From Candidatus Brocadiia bacterium (GTDB taxonomy: Bacteria > Planctomycetota > Brocadiia > SM23-32): DNA of 64,000 bases. Position numbers and translations under genes: made by a program. Below, piece by piece: positions 1 through 10,336 of this stretch. The stretch covers positions 17,886 to 81,885 of the forward strand of contig JBKHIT010000017.1 in assembly GCA_046538485.1 (NCBI GenBank), given 5' to 3'. Under the pieces are notes generated by a model. It saw nothing but the letters and a program-made list of their open reading frames with translations, did no database searches and was not told where the DNA came from. Position 1 is the stretch's first letter; every line of letters starts with the position of its first letter.

Positions 1-68
1 CCGTGCTCTGTGGAGCTCGGACTTTCCTCGGCTGCCGCAGGGACAGCGCGATCACCTCTCCTCCTGCA
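1..68 (-). ncRNA. rnpB: RNase P RNA, 5' portion (runs off the window start)
   Basis: Reverse complement reads GCAGGAGGAGAGGTGATCGCGCTG...GAGGAAAGTCCGAGCTCCACAGAGCACGG, matching the universal GAGGAAAGUCC(G)xxCUC 5' core of bacterial RNase P RNA; exact 5' end approximate. Confidence 0.92.
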
Positions 69-87
69 GCCAATACCTCAAAAATTT

Positions 88-96
88 ATTATAGCA
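88..96 (-). promoter_or_regulatory. Extended -10 promoter (TGcTATAAT) for rnpB
   Basis: Forward attatagca = minus-strand TGCTATAAT, ~20 bp upstream of the RNA 5' end. Confidence 0.6.
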
Positions 97-132
97 GAAA
101 TCTGATTCTTATAACAGCGCCCCCACCCCGTA

Positions 133-162
133 TTGACATCTTCACCGCCGGGAGCTTATACT
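133..162 (+). promoter_or_regulatory. Sigma70-type promoter for the lptF/G-like gene
   Basis: TTGACA (133-138), 18 bp spacer, TATACT (157-162); divergent from rnpB. Confidence 0.6.
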
Positions 163-228
163 CCACGTCAGCCCGACCAGCCGGGGCAAAGTCAGCGAAC
201 GCTCCCACACAGAGGATATCACGCCTGT

Positions 229-1350
229 ATGAAACGAATCGATTTCCTGATTGTCAGGGGTTATATCATCAGATTCGTGCTCATTTTGCTGATCGTCTTC
301 GGTCTATACGTGAGTTTTGACGCGGTTAACAGACTTGATCATATTAAGAGCGAGAGTTTTCGCGAAGCCGTACCGCGAATCCTGACCTACTACGGCTATG
401 ATTTCCCCAATAGAGCGACTGAAGGGATTGATATACTCCTGCTTGTGGCAGCCGGCCTTCTGCTCGTCCAGATGTCGCGGCGTGGCGAACTGTTAACACT
501 GAAAGCAAGTGGTATCAGTCTGCGGCGTGTGGCCCTGCCCGTATTTCTCTGTACCCTGCCCATTGTCACGATCGCTTTCTGGGCCAAAGAGAAAGTGGTT
601 CCAATGACATATCGAAAACAGGCTATTCTTGATCGGCAAATGGAAAAAAAGGTCACAGGCCCGTTTTTGCTGAATGATGAAACATTCGATTATAAACTGT
701 ATGTGGATAGTTATGATTTTGCCAGACAACGCATGAAAGGCGTAACTCTCATGGCCTTCTCTGAATCGGGTGTGATAAAACTGCGCATTGTCAGCGAATC
801 CGGACTGTGGGTGCGGACGGACGCAGAAGCCCGTGGGAACGCAAAAACGAAAGCAAATGTGGTTTCATTGGAGAGGGTTAACATAGAACACTTCGATAGC
901 AATGGGGAACCCGAGGGGCAACCAGAGGTCCGACCGGTTAAAAGGTTAAAGACCTCGCTGACACCTTTCGCGTTTGTGCGCGCACGCCAGAGTGCCATGT
1001 CAACTCGCATTCCGACAATGACATTCACCCAGCTGGTAGACCACATCCAGACTGAACCCAACAATCCCCGTTTTAAGCTTCTGCTGCACTCACGAATAGC
1101 AGGACATGCCTCTCCTTTCGTTCTGTTGCTTATTGGCATACCGTTGCTAATCGGATTCGAGCATACTCTCCAAAGTCGGGTCCTGGGAGCCATTGTCTGT
1201 ATCGCCGTCGCCGGCACGTACCATGTGCTTTCATTTGTGCTGGCCAGCATGGGGAATACAGGCCTCGTGCCGCCAGTCATTTCTGCATGGTGTGTGCCCG
1301 GACTCGCAACAGCAATCGGTGGGTGGATGTTCGCCAGCATGCGCACTTGA
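229..1350 (+). CDS. LptF/LptG family permease
   Basis: Three N-terminal TM helices, GELLTLKASGISLRR motif, periplasmic beta region, C-terminal TMs with PPVISAW; ATG at 229 after AGAGGA. Confidence 0.88.
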   Translation: MKRIDFLIVRGYIIRFVLILLIVFGLYVSFDAVNRLDHIKSESFREAVPRILTYYGYDFPNRATEGIDILLLVAAGLLLVQMSRRGELLTLKASGISLRRVALPVFLCTLPIVTIAFWAKEKVVPMTYRKQAILDRQMEKKVTGPFLLNDETFDYKLYVDSYDFARQRMKGVTLMAFSESGVIKLRIVSESGLWVRTDAEARGNAKTKANVVSLERVNIEHFDSNGEPEGQPEVRPVKRLKTSLTPFAFVRARQSAMSTRIPTMTFTQLVDHIQTEPNNPRFKLLLHSRIAGHASPFVLLLIGIPLLIGFEHTLQSRVLGAIVCIAVAGTYHVLSFVLASMGNTGLVPPVISAWCVPGLATAIGGWMFASMRT

Positions 1351-1576
1351 ACTCCACGACAAAAAGTTTTTACATACAGGCCGAAAACGTATCGCACTTG
1401 CAATTCCGGGTTGCGGTCGTTACTTTGGCTGCCCATTGATGGTGATTCCGGGCTAATTCACTTGTCCCGCAACATTGCCACGTCCCACTCATATACTTAT
1501 TTTCCGGGAGCATACTTTCCGGCGCTTGTTCCTTTTCAACAGCGCTTTTCTCTTTTTGGTCCCTGAGGTAACTGCA

Positions 1577-2563
1577 ATGGCTGAAGAAATCCGAGTTGGT
1601 ATTATTGGATGCGGTGGTATTGCCAATGGCCACATTGGTAGACTGATCTCCATTCCGGAAGCAAAGATAACGGGTCTGATGGATATCGATCCCAAGAGGC
1701 TTCAGGCGGCAGCACAACGTTTCCCGGAGATAGCGGACGTTCCGGTGTTTGAAAACCACAAGGAAATGATCGAGGAGCTCGATCTGGACGCTACGGTCAT
1801 CTGCTCTCCTCATTTCATTCATACGGAGCAAATTCTTGACAGCCTCAATGCAGGCCTCCATGTTCTCACCGAAAAACCGATGGTCTGTAGCATCGAAGAA
1901 GCAAGAAAGGTCCGGGAAGCCGAAGAAACGGCGGGCACAGTGCTCGGCATTTCATATCAGCGCCACACCCAGGCCGAATATCAGTTTGTCCGCGATCAAA
2001 TAGCATCCGGTGAAACCGGAGACGTTATGTTTGTCGGAGCGTTGCAGGGACAGGCGTGGCTGTACAACACCAGAGGAACATGGCGACAGTCTCTGGAGAA
2101 GTCATGCGGTGGCCAGCTGAACGATTCAGGAAGCCACTTGATCGATATAATCCTTTGGATGACAGGTCTGGCAGTCGAAGAAGTAACCTCTGAGATCCAT
2201 AATCGCGGCACCGAAGTTGATATCGACAGCGCAGTCTCAATGAGATTCAAGAACGGCGCCGTCGGCACTCTAAGCGTTATCGGAAGCTGTCCGGTCTGGT
2301 GGGAAGATATTACAATTACCTGCAGTGAATGGGCTTTCTTTTTGCGTCAGGGACAACCCCTTACCTACACAACAGGGCGCCAGGGAGAAACCCATACCGT
2401 AAGCGGTTTCACGTACGGTTCCGAATCGCCCGATCACAATTTCATCGATGCGATATTGGGGCGTGATGATATCCTTGCTCCGAGCATTTGCGGTTTACGA
2501 ACAATCGAAGTCACCGAAGCCGCCTGGAAAAGTGCTGAGCAAGGGGAACCATTTCAGCTCTAA
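1577..2563 (+). CDS. Gfo/Idh/MocA family NAD(P)-dependent oxidoreductase
   Basis: GIIGCGGIA Rossmann motif, EKP motif, GGQLNDSGSH; ATG after GAGG. Confidence 0.92.
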   Translation: MAEEIRVGIIGCGGIANGHIGRLISIPEAKITGLMDIDPKRLQAAAQRFPEIADVPVFENHKEMIEELDLDATVICSPHFIHTEQILDSLNAGLHVLTEKPMVCSIEEARKVREAEETAGTVLGISYQRHTQAEYQFVRDQIASGETGDVMFVGALQGQAWLYNTRGTWRQSLEKSCGGQLNDSGSHLIDIILWMTGLAVEEVTSEIHNRGTEVDIDSAVSMRFKNGAVGTLSVIGSCPVWWEDITITCSEWAFFLRQGQPLTYTTGRQGETHTVSGFTYGSESPDHNFIDAILGRDDILAPSICGLRTIEVTEAAWKSAEQGEPFQL

Positions 2564-2641
2564 AAGATCGCTTCACCGGTAAAGATTAAAGCTTTTGGTC
2601 AGTAGCCCTTTTCGCGGAATAATTTGTTGCACAAACAGGGT

Positions 2642-2670
2642 TTGACGGCCCTGAAATCGCGCGATATACT
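2642..2670 (+). promoter_or_regulatory. Sigma70-type promoter for purD
   Basis: TTGACG-17 bp-TATACT. Confidence 0.6.
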
Positions 2671-2738
2671 GGCCTCCTTAAACTTTTACAAAAATAAAAC
2701 TGGGCTTTCCCAGCGAATTCTTTGATGGGGTGCTCCCG

Positions 2739-4013
2739 ATGAAAGTACTGGTTGTTGGAGGTGGCGGACGCGAACATGCCCTGGTGTATAAAATTGCCGA
2801 ATCTCCGCTGGTAGACAAAATTTATTGTGCGCCCGGCAACGCAGGGATCGCACAGCTGGCCGAATGTGTATCAATTAAATCCACCGAAATATCTTTCCTT
2901 CGCAAGTTTGCCGTGCAAAACGAAGTAGATCTCACTGTGGTGGGTCCGGAAGCGCCACTTTGCGCGGGAATAGTCGATTCTTTCCAGGCAAAAGGCCTCA
3001 GAATTTTCGGTCCTGATCAAAAAGCAGCTCGGATCGAAGGTAGCAAAGTGTTCGCAAAAAAGCTCATGGATAGGCATGGGATACCAACAGCGACTTTCCG
3101 CACATTCGACTCACCGGATCGCGCAAAAGCCTACATCAAAATGGTCGGTGCTCCCATCGTTGTGAAAGCCGACGGGCTGGCTGGTGGGAAAGCAGCCATC
3201 GTCTGCGATAGCGAAGAGAAAGCCATCGAGGCCGTCAACAGAATCATGATTGAGGGAGAATTCGGCAGCGCCGGTGAACACCTCGTCGTCGAAGAATGTC
3301 TCAATGGTGAAGAAGCCAGCATGTTGGCGTTCACGGACGGGCGAACGATCGCTATTTTGCCCTCTTCTCAGGACCATAAAGCGGCCTACGACGGTGATAA
3401 AGGTCCGAATACCGGTGGAATGGGCGCATACAGCCCCGCACCAGTCGTGACCCAACACCTGGAAAAAGAAGTTGAACGCGAGGTTATTGTCCAGACCGTC
3501 CATGCTATGAATCGAGAGGAACGTCCCTATAAAGGGGTCCTCTACGCGGGGCTGATGATCGAAGAAGAGGCCCCAAAGGTCCTTGAATTCAACTGTCGTC
3601 TTGGCGACCCCGAAATGCAACCGCTTGCAATGCGTCTTAAAAGTGATATCGTACCAATTCTCATCGCTACAATCGAAGAAAATCTGGATGAAATGGAGAT
3701 CGAATGGCACGACGGTGCGGCGCTCTGTGTCGTTATGGCCTCAGGCGGATATCCCCAAACATATGAAAAGGGCAAACGCATTACAGGCCTGGCTGACGCC
3801 GAAAAACTCGACGATGTGGTGGTTTTCCACAGTGGGACACGTGAGGAAAACGGAAAGATCTACACCGATGGGGGACGCGTCCTCGGGATAACCGCACGCG
3901 CCGAAAGTATTGCGAAGGCCAAACAAAAAGCCTACGATGCCGTCGATATGATCCACTTCGAAGACGCCCACTATCGAACCGACATCGGTGCTAAAGCCAT
4001 TGGCCGCGGGTAG
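2739..4013 (+). CDS. purD: Phosphoribosylamine--glycine ligase
   Basis: MKVLVVGGGGREHAL, APGNAG, KADGLAGGK, GPNTGGMGAY, EFNCRLGDPE. Confidence 0.98.
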   Translation: MKVLVVGGGGREHALVYKIAESPLVDKIYCAPGNAGIAQLAECVSIKSTEISFLRKFAVQNEVDLTVVGPEAPLCAGIVDSFQAKGLRIFGPDQKAARIEGSKVFAKKLMDRHGIPTATFRTFDSPDRAKAYIKMVGAPIVVKADGLAGGKAAIVCDSEEKAIEAVNRIMIEGEFGSAGEHLVVEECLNGEEASMLAFTDGRTIAILPSSQDHKAAYDGDKGPNTGGMGAYSPAPVVTQHLEKEVEREVIVQTVHAMNREERPYKGVLYAGLMIEEEAPKVLEFNCRLGDPEMQPLAMRLKSDIVPILIATIEENLDEMEIEWHDGAALCVVMASGGYPQTYEKGKRITGLADAEKLDDVVVFHSGTREENGKIYTDGGRVLGITARAESIAKAKQKAYDAVDMIHFEDAHYRTDIGAKAIGRG

Positions 4014-4075
4014 AACAATACTTTAACTCGCACCAGCCCCTCTGAACGATCACTGATTCCGTTGAAAACCGGTGA

Positions 4076-6208
4076 TCACGTGTCGTCGACCACAAGGTAT
4101 AGATCGGCAAATTCCCAGGCGAACAGGCGGTAAACTTCAGCACAAATTGCTTTCCGGTTCCGACGCAAATCTCGATCATCAACGTTTACAAATACTTCCT
4201 CAAAAAATTCGTGAACCGGTCCCGCAAATATTTGACAGTATCTTTCGGCCGTTCCTTTGTATTCCGCTTCCGCAAAACCTGCCCTGATAGCCTCCGCATT
4301 CTTGTCTAAGCGGTCCACTATATCTTTCTCTTCCGCCTCTTCAAGCAACTCATGATCTATCTCCAAGGGCTCTTCAAGATCCTTCTGGATGCGGCATGTT
4401 CGATCCACCAGTTCGACAAGATCGGGCCACCATTCCAGATCTTCTAATTGTTCGAGAGCTTCCAGCCGTTCCCAGAAAAGGTAGATATTCCAATTAAGCC
4501 CATCGCGGGGCACCTCAAAATCAAACCCGGCTGCCAGCACGGAACGCACTTGATCGTGACGGTAGCCATTCTCAACAGCCGCGTGATACAAACGGTCGCG
4601 GAAGAACTCCATAACCTGCTCAAACGGCACCTCAATACCGTCTCCGGAGAACTGTCCGCCCTGCTCATCGAGAACATCCACCGCTGTGCTCACAAGGTCT
4701 GAAAGTTGCGCCTCTATCTGCTGAGAGTAAAGGATTCGCATAACGGCCAGCGCATTTCTCCTGAGACCGTAGGGATCCTGGTTTCCAGTTGGCAGTTCCC
4801 CCAGCGCAAAACACCCGACGATTACATCGAGCTTGTCGGCAATCGCAAGTGCACAGCCCTCCACGGTTTTCGGCGGTTCGTCGCTTGCCCCGGTTGGACG
4901 GTAATGATCGCTGATCGCCTGCACGACGGGTTCGGCTTCGCCCTCTTCACGGGCCAGTTCCCCTCCTACAGCGCCCTGGAGGCCGGGAAATTCTCCCACG
5001 AGATCCGTCAAAAGATCCGCTTTGCATAAAGTGGCTGCACGGCGAACGTGTTTGTTCTGTTCCTCTGTTACTCCCATGCTCCCAGCAATCAGCTCGGCCA
5101 GATCACGCAACCGTTTCGTGCGCTGCAAATTATCTCCGAGCCCGCCGAGGTATCTAACGTTGACAAGATCATCGACACGATCTTCAAGCCTGATCTTCCG
5201 GTCTTCATCCCAAAAAAACCGCGCGTCCGCAAGCCGAGCGCGGAGGACACGTTCATTGCCCTCCCGGACGGTTTCACTCTGTTTTTCGGTGCGGTTGGAC
5301 ACCACGACAAATCGATTTTCCATCTCCCCACGATCATTCCAGACGGGAAAGTAACGCTGGTGTTTGGTCATCGCAGCGGCCAGAACACTGTCCGGTGTTT
5401 CAAGAAATTCCTCATCGAATGCTCCCGCCACCGCGTGCGGATACTCAACAAGATTAGCCACTTCTTCGAGCAAATCCGGATCCGGATTAAGCGCCCCGAG
5501 ATTTTCGACCTGTTTTTGGATCAGTTCTCGGCGCTGCTGAAAACCAACCAGCACAAATTGCTCTTCCAAAACGGAACGATATTTCTCCAGAGAAGCGTCT
5601 TCCAATTCGACAGGTTCTGGAGCAAGAAAGGGATGTCCGTACGTCTTTCGGCCGGCCTGCAAACCAGCGATTCTGAGGGGCAGAACCGACTTTCCCATGA
5701 TTGCTACCAACCAGCGTATGGGCCGGGCAAAACGTATGCCTTCTTCTCCATCCGACGGCAGGGGCCAGCGCATTGATCTGGGGAACCCAATCTGTTCTGT
5801 CGCTTGTTTCAGCACAGACGGAAGGACCTCCAGTGCTTTCGCTCCCTCCTGTTCCAGGACAGCGAAAACATATTTACCCTTATCGGTTTCCCGGGTGATA
5901 AGGTCCTGGACACTGACCTTCTGTGCCCGGGCGAAACCTTTCGCCGCATTTGTCGGTTTACCAGTGTCATCGAATGCAACTTTGGCCGGTGGGCCGGGGA
6001 TTTCTTTGCGTGCTGCCAGCTGGGCCTCAGGCACTCCGTTAACCCACGCCGTCAGCCTGCGAGGTGTGCCCGCGGTGATAATCTCTTTGGGCTCAAGCCG
6101 TTTCTCTGCCAGACCGCTCTCAAGTAGCTCCGTCAAGTGGGTAAGGGCTGGCCGGATGTATCCGGCTGGTATTTCTTCGGTCCCAATCTCGAAAAGAAGA
6201 TCGTTCAT
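4076..6208 (-). CDS. glyS: Glycine--tRNA ligase beta subunit
   Basis: LLFEIGTEEIP, TPRRL, FARPIRW, GNERVLRARLADARFF, DPYGLRR. Confidence 0.97.
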   Translation of the reverse strand: MNDLLFEIGTEEIPAGYIRPALTHLTELLESGLAEKRLEPKEIITAGTPRRLTAWVNGVPEAQLAARKEIPGPPAKVAFDDTGKPTNAAKGFARAQKVSVQDLITRETDKGKYVFAVLEQEGAKALEVLPSVLKQATEQIGFPRSMRWPLPSDGEEGIRFARPIRWLVAIMGKSVLPLRIAGLQAGRKTYGHPFLAPEPVELEDASLEKYRSVLEEQFVLVGFQQRRELIQKQVENLGALNPDPDLLEEVANLVEYPHAVAGAFDEEFLETPDSVLAAAMTKHQRYFPVWNDRGEMENRFVVVSNRTEKQSETVREGNERVLRARLADARFFWDEDRKIRLEDRVDDLVNVRYLGGLGDNLQRTKRLRDLAELIAGSMGVTEEQNKHVRRAATLCKADLLTDLVGEFPGLQGAVGGELAREEGEAEPVVQAISDHYRPTGASDEPPKTVEGCALAIADKLDVIVGCFALGELPTGNQDPYGLRRNALAVMRILYSQQIEAQLSDLVSTAVDVLDEQGGQFSGDGIEVPFEQVMEFFRDRLYHAAVENGYRHDQVRSVLAAGFDFEVPRDGLNWNIYLFWERLEALEQLEDLEWWPDLVELVDRTCRIQKDLEEPLEIDHELLEEAEEKDIVDRLDKNAEAIRAGFAEAEYKGTAERYCQIFAGPVHEFFEEVFVNVDDRDLRRNRKAICAEVYRLFAWEFADLYLVVDDT

Positions 6209-6248
6209 AAGCGTGGCCAATTCACTGAGGTATTCGGGAAAAAAGCGA

Positions 6249-6722
6249 CTACATTGGCATACCCGTAACTTCCCCCTCAAATATCAGTTTATCATCAACA
6301 AAGCCCTGGCAGTCAAACACTGCCCTCCGTGATCGCAGATCGGTGTTTTTCGCAACCAGAATCAGTCTTTCGCCCGGTTCCACCTGCCCTCGAAACTTTA
6401 CATTGTTGAGCGCGCCGAATCCGAGGAACTTTTCTGTCTCCATCGCTTTCTTATAATAATAGGTACAGAGTTGTGCGGCAGCTTCACACATTAAAACCCC
6501 GGGCAGAAGCGGCCGGTCCGGTATGTGGCCACGGACCCAGAATTCGTCGTCTGTAACATCCTTGAATCCGACCACAACTTTCTCATCGGGGTTAAAAAAA
6601 ATAATCCCGTCAAGCTGTTCGAACTCGTAGCGTTGGGGATTGCATTCCCGAATTCCCTCCGGGCCATCTTCAATCTTTCCAAGATCGATATCATCAAGAT
6701 CCACAAGCGGCTTGGGCGGCAT
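6249..6722 (-). CDS. fabZ: FabA/FabZ family beta-hydroxyacyl-ACP dehydratase
   Basis: PQRYEF, GHIPDRPLLPGVLMCEAAAQ, KFRGQVEPG hot-dog fold motifs. Confidence 0.85.
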   Translation of the reverse strand: MPPKPLVDLDDIDLGKIEDGPEGIRECNPQRYEFEQLDGIIFFNPDEKVVVGFKDVTDDEFWVRGHIPDRPLLPGVLMCEAAAQLCTYYYKKAMETEKFLGFGALNNVKFRGQVEPGERLILVAKNTDLRSRRAVFDCQGFVDDKLIFEGEVTGMPM

Positions 6723-6991
6723 CAGAATTCCTTTCGCAGAACAAGTGATTATCCAGACCTCTACCTACCAATTTGCCGATAGAGGCGAAACCAGGCGCAT
6801 ACATCAATTCCTGCGAGTTGCAATATTTGCAGAGGATCTTCAGGTGCCCTGTTATTCTGAATGGTTTTGCCCCTCCGTCGGCGCGGCACAAATGATCCTC
6901 ATGTCGGATTTTGTCTACACTTGAAACGGACTATCAGCGGAAAGAATTGTACCCTTTTGGGGCAATTTAAGTCAAGGTCGAGGCCTATTCA

Positions 6992-8347
6992 TCACTCCGC
7001 TTCTTTCATACCAGATTCGTGGCCGGGTCCATATTTTTCAGGCCCCTTCTCTTTTTTATCCGTGTTAACAAGAGATTTCCCGGCGATCAGTTTCTCAAGC
7101 TCGGCCGCGATATCTTGGGCACTGCCTGGCTCGATCCCGGAATGGATAGCCTGCACCGTCCCATCTTTTCCGATAATAACGAGATACGGAACGGGCCACA
7201 CCAGGTATTTTTTGGCAATTTTTTCTTCCTCATCGAGCGCCACTTTTAAATCAAAACCTGTTCTCTCCAGGAAGTTCTTAACTCTTTCAGGAGATTCGGC
7301 TGGATTGATCGCATAGACCACGACTCCTTTTTCTCGGTACTTCTCAGCCATTTTTGATAAGACTGGCAAAGCGCGGTAACAACTTTTTGAACTGGTAACC
7401 CAAAATAGCAGGCAGACGACATGTTTACCGGTATGACTGGACAGCTTTAATTGAGTTCCATCCAGCATATTGAGTTCGAATTTCGGTGCCGGTCGCCCCA
7501 GCATCTTTTTTCTCTCTTTCTTGCGCCTGGCGGCCTTTTCCTTCCGCAATGCTTTGAAATCGATAGCATCGTCCGGTGGGTTAAAGGTAAACTGGTCGTC
7601 CTCGAATTCCGGATTCAGTTCCCAGTTTTCAAAAAGAAAGGTCATGCTTACCTTTGGTTTTTTGCCGGTCGCGCTTTTTTTAACAAGCCGAGCCATATCG
7701 ACTTCGATTTTCCTGACAACAGGATTCTCAGCGGCTTTCACCCACATTTCCCAATCCAACGTCTTACCTGTGAACTTCATATGATGAGACTTACTTTCGT
7801 CATCGACTTCAAGCCCGACGTACTGACCCGTCTTCGCATTTTTCATCAGATATTCGTACGGTTTGCTCACCATACCAAATGCAGGAGATGGTCCCCTGGG
7901 ACCAAGCGGGCTTACAAGAAGTTCGTTCAAAGGCGATTCTCCCGAAAACAGTCTATCGATGGATTTCGGAGCTTTGTCACTTCTGTAAATCTTCTCCAAA
8001 GGTTGATATAAATGGAGGCGTTCGCCATCGTAGATAAACCGTGTTTTTTCGGGAGCCGTCTCTTCGCAAATGTAGAGCCGATTCGGTTTTTGTACAGCGA
8101 TGGCAATAGAGCCCTCGCTGCTCTGTTCTTGGTCTTCACTTTTTATACTCATGGAAATTTTTTGGTTAACAGCAAAACCATCAAGTTTCGCGTAAAAATC
8201 AGCGATCTTGTGCATAAGCCGGCTGACTTTCGGATCGATTTTTTCGTCCGGCCCCGGCTTCTTTGTCGCGGTTAGGGCCGCATCCGTCATCAAAAACGCA
8301 ATAAAAGCAAACACAACGAACAAAACTGGCGTCTGGAAATTTTTCAT
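6992..8347 (-). CDS. Secreted LolA-like (DUF2092-type) domain fused to a TlpA/redoxin-like thioredoxin domain
   Basis: Signal peptide; LolA-like domain ending W.LNPEFEDDQFTFNPPDDA; redoxin GRPAPKFEL...FWVTSSKSC...VPYLVIIGKDG. Confidence 0.75.
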   Translation of the reverse strand: MKNFQTPVLFVVFAFIAFLMTDAALTATKKPGPDEKIDPKVSRLMHKIADFYAKLDGFAVNQKISMSIKSEDQEQSSEGSIAIAVQKPNRLYICEETAPEKTRFIYDGERLHLYQPLEKIYRSDKAPKSIDRLFSGESPLNELLVSPLGPRGPSPAFGMVSKPYEYLMKNAKTGQYVGLEVDDESKSHHMKFTGKTLDWEMWVKAAENPVVRKIEVDMARLVKKSATGKKPKVSMTFLFENWELNPEFEDDQFTFNPPDDAIDFKALRKEKAARRKKERKKMLGRPAPKFELNMLDGTQLKLSSHTGKHVVCLLFWVTSSKSCYRALPVLSKMAEKYREKGVVVYAINPAESPERVKNFLERTGFDLKVALDEEEKIAKKYLVWPVPYLVIIGKDGTVQAIHSGIEPGSAQDIAAELEKLIAGKSLVNTDKKEKGPEKYGPGHESGMKEAE

Positions 8348-8410
8348 TCCACACTCCTGTAGAAACGAAAAGCACAAATAATTTGCACTTCCGGGGAAAA
8401 ATGGAAACGA

Positions 8411-8434
8411 GAATGCCGCCCTGGAACGGCATTC
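8411..8434 (-). terminator. Putative intrinsic terminator
   Basis: Stem GAATGCCG/CGGCATTC followed on the minus strand by a T-rich tract, just downstream of the 8471 stop. Confidence 0.45.
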
Positions 8435-8470
8435 TAAGTAATCACGAACATAGCGTAATCCGGCCGGTCC

Positions 8471-10336
8471 TCAGTTTCCCTCTGGGAAAGGCCACCAGGT
8501 CTTGGAAATCATTCCATCTTTCTCCCACCTGCCGGTAATTGACCCGGCTGAGAGATACTTTTCAACCGTTTTGAATTCCGGGAGATCGATTTCAATTTCT
8601 TGCTCCGGCAGCGCGTCAAAGAACGACCAAATCCATTTTGCCATTGGCCGCGTATCGGCATAAGCTACCATTGAAGGGCGCTCAAGCATATGCGACAGCC
8701 CCCTCTGAAACTTATCGTTATTCAGCAGCGGGCTCTGCCCGCGCGTGCTTGACCGAATAGCTTGTTTTATCAGAGACGGGCTTGTTGTAATAATAAGGCG
8801 ATTGTTGACAAACGCAAAGCAGATCTGAAAAGACGGCATTTCAACGCCGTTTCCTACCGTTCCGCCACCTAATCGGGGCGCCTGGTAGATCTCTTTGCCT
8901 TTGAATTCAATGCTGCTGAGTTTGCCCTGCATCTGAGGGAACGCCATGATTTTTTGGATTGTTCCCCCCAACGTAGCAACATCCTTCATATCGCACACGA
9001 ACATGAGATTCAAAAACTTTGGCGGATTCGGACTTATGAGTTCGGCCGGTACGTAAACGAACCAGTGGGTACCAAGCGTATTTATCAGATCCTTTTCAAC
9101 ATGGATTGGGCTTTGCGGATTATTGAGATTCTGTTCGATCTGCCCATGCATCTGGGGATTAATCCTTTTAATGGCGGCTTTAATTTCCTGCCAAAACACC
9201 GGCACATCGAAATATCCGCCTGCAAACAACGCGGCATCTCTATCCACAAATACAGGCGGTTTCACATTGGCTTTGCTCCCTGGATCGATAGCGCGCAAGA
9301 GCCCGTTGTGCGGAGAAGTTACTTTGAGAAAAGACTCGTTGTATATTCCCTCTTCCATAATCTGTGTCTTGCTGATCTGGCCTTTTATGTTTGTTATCCC
9401 CAGTTCAGATACAAATTCCCCGACAGAGAAACCATTCTGCCTTCCATCAGCGGGCTCGAACATTTTCCACATCGGCTGCATATTTTGAAACGTCAGATAA
9501 TCAGCCTTTCCTGTAAGCCGCAGCTTGAGTTCCTCATAAAGTTCATTCTGTTTCAAAGACGGGATATTGCCGCCTTCACGGAGCACGAGATGGCGTTCCA
9601 GTAAGCTCCGATCACTGCCGGTCGCTATCACCATAATTCCATTGCTGATATTAACATAGCAATCATAGCTTTGCTGAGCAGCGGAATCCGACTCCGACTC
9701 CTCCATCATCTTACGCAATTCGGGGTCGAGATCCTTCAGCTTTTCGTCGGAAACTTTCCCGCCCTGTGCTGGCGTTATGACAATATGTTGTATCTTATAA
9801 TCCCTGAATGTTTCAGTCTTTACCTTGATCTGTTTTTCTTTTTTCGCTCTCAACAACAGCCGACCTAATAGCTGGTTTGCGGCCTGCTCTTTCCCGTCAA
9901 CCTCGATCAAAATCAGGACCCATGTATCACCGAAACTCTGCGGTTTCCTTCGGCTAAAAGGATTTGCCACCGCATCAATTGATCCCGCAGCAAACTGACG
10001 TTTCATTGCAAGGGCAATCCGCCCTGTAGGCAAGTCAGAAAAATCTTCCAGCTTGACACCGACCTGTTTCCTGAATTCTGACAGCTGTTCGTCCAATTTC
10101 GAGCTGATGCTATCAACCATCCCCTTAAATTCTTCTTCCTCAATGATACTGCCGTACGGACTTTTCTTGAGTTTGGCAACAGTGGTGGGATAACTGTGCA
10201 TAACAGAATAGTTGGTAACATCACTCGGGATAAATTGTTCAAATTCCCCGGCGTATAACGGAACAACAGCAAAAACCAGCACAAAAAACAGAACTGCAAC
10301 TTTATCAACCAGGTTGAACCTTCTCGTCCTTCGCAT
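8471..10336 (-). CDS. Secreted hypothetical protein (DUF3352-like planctomycete family)
   Basis: Long ORF with signal peptide and AGGAG RBS; two-lobed pattern (PTGRIALAM, ETFRDYKI, IEFKGKEIY, NNRLIITTS) recalled from DUF3352-like proteins. Confidence 0.6.
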   Translation of the reverse strand: MRRTRRFNLVDKVAVLFFVLVFAVVPLYAGEFEQFIPSDVTNYSVMHSYPTTVAKLKKSPYGSIIEEEEFKGMVDSISSKLDEQLSEFRKQVGVKLEDFSDLPTGRIALAMKRQFAAGSIDAVANPFSRRKPQSFGDTWVLILIEVDGKEQAANQLLGRLLLRAKKEKQIKVKTETFRDYKIQHIVITPAQGGKVSDEKLKDLDPELRKMMEESESDSAAQQSYDCYVNISNGIMVIATGSDRSLLERHLVLREGGNIPSLKQNELYEELKLRLTGKADYLTFQNMQPMWKMFEPADGRQNGFSVGEFVSELGITNIKGQISKTQIMEEGIYNESFLKVTSPHNGLLRAIDPGSKANVKPPVFVDRDAALFAGGYFDVPVFWQEIKAAIKRINPQMHGQIEQNLNNPQSPIHVEKDLINTLGTHWFVYVPAELISPNPPKFLNLMFVCDMKDVATLGGTIQKIMAFPQMQGKLSSIEFKGKEIYQAPRLGGGTVGNGVEMPSFQICFAFVNNRLIITTSPSLIKQAIRSSTRGQSPLLNNDKFQRGLSHMLERPSMVAYADTRPMAKWIWSFFDALPEQEIEIDLPEFKTVEKYLSAGSITGRWEKDGMISKTWWPFPEGN

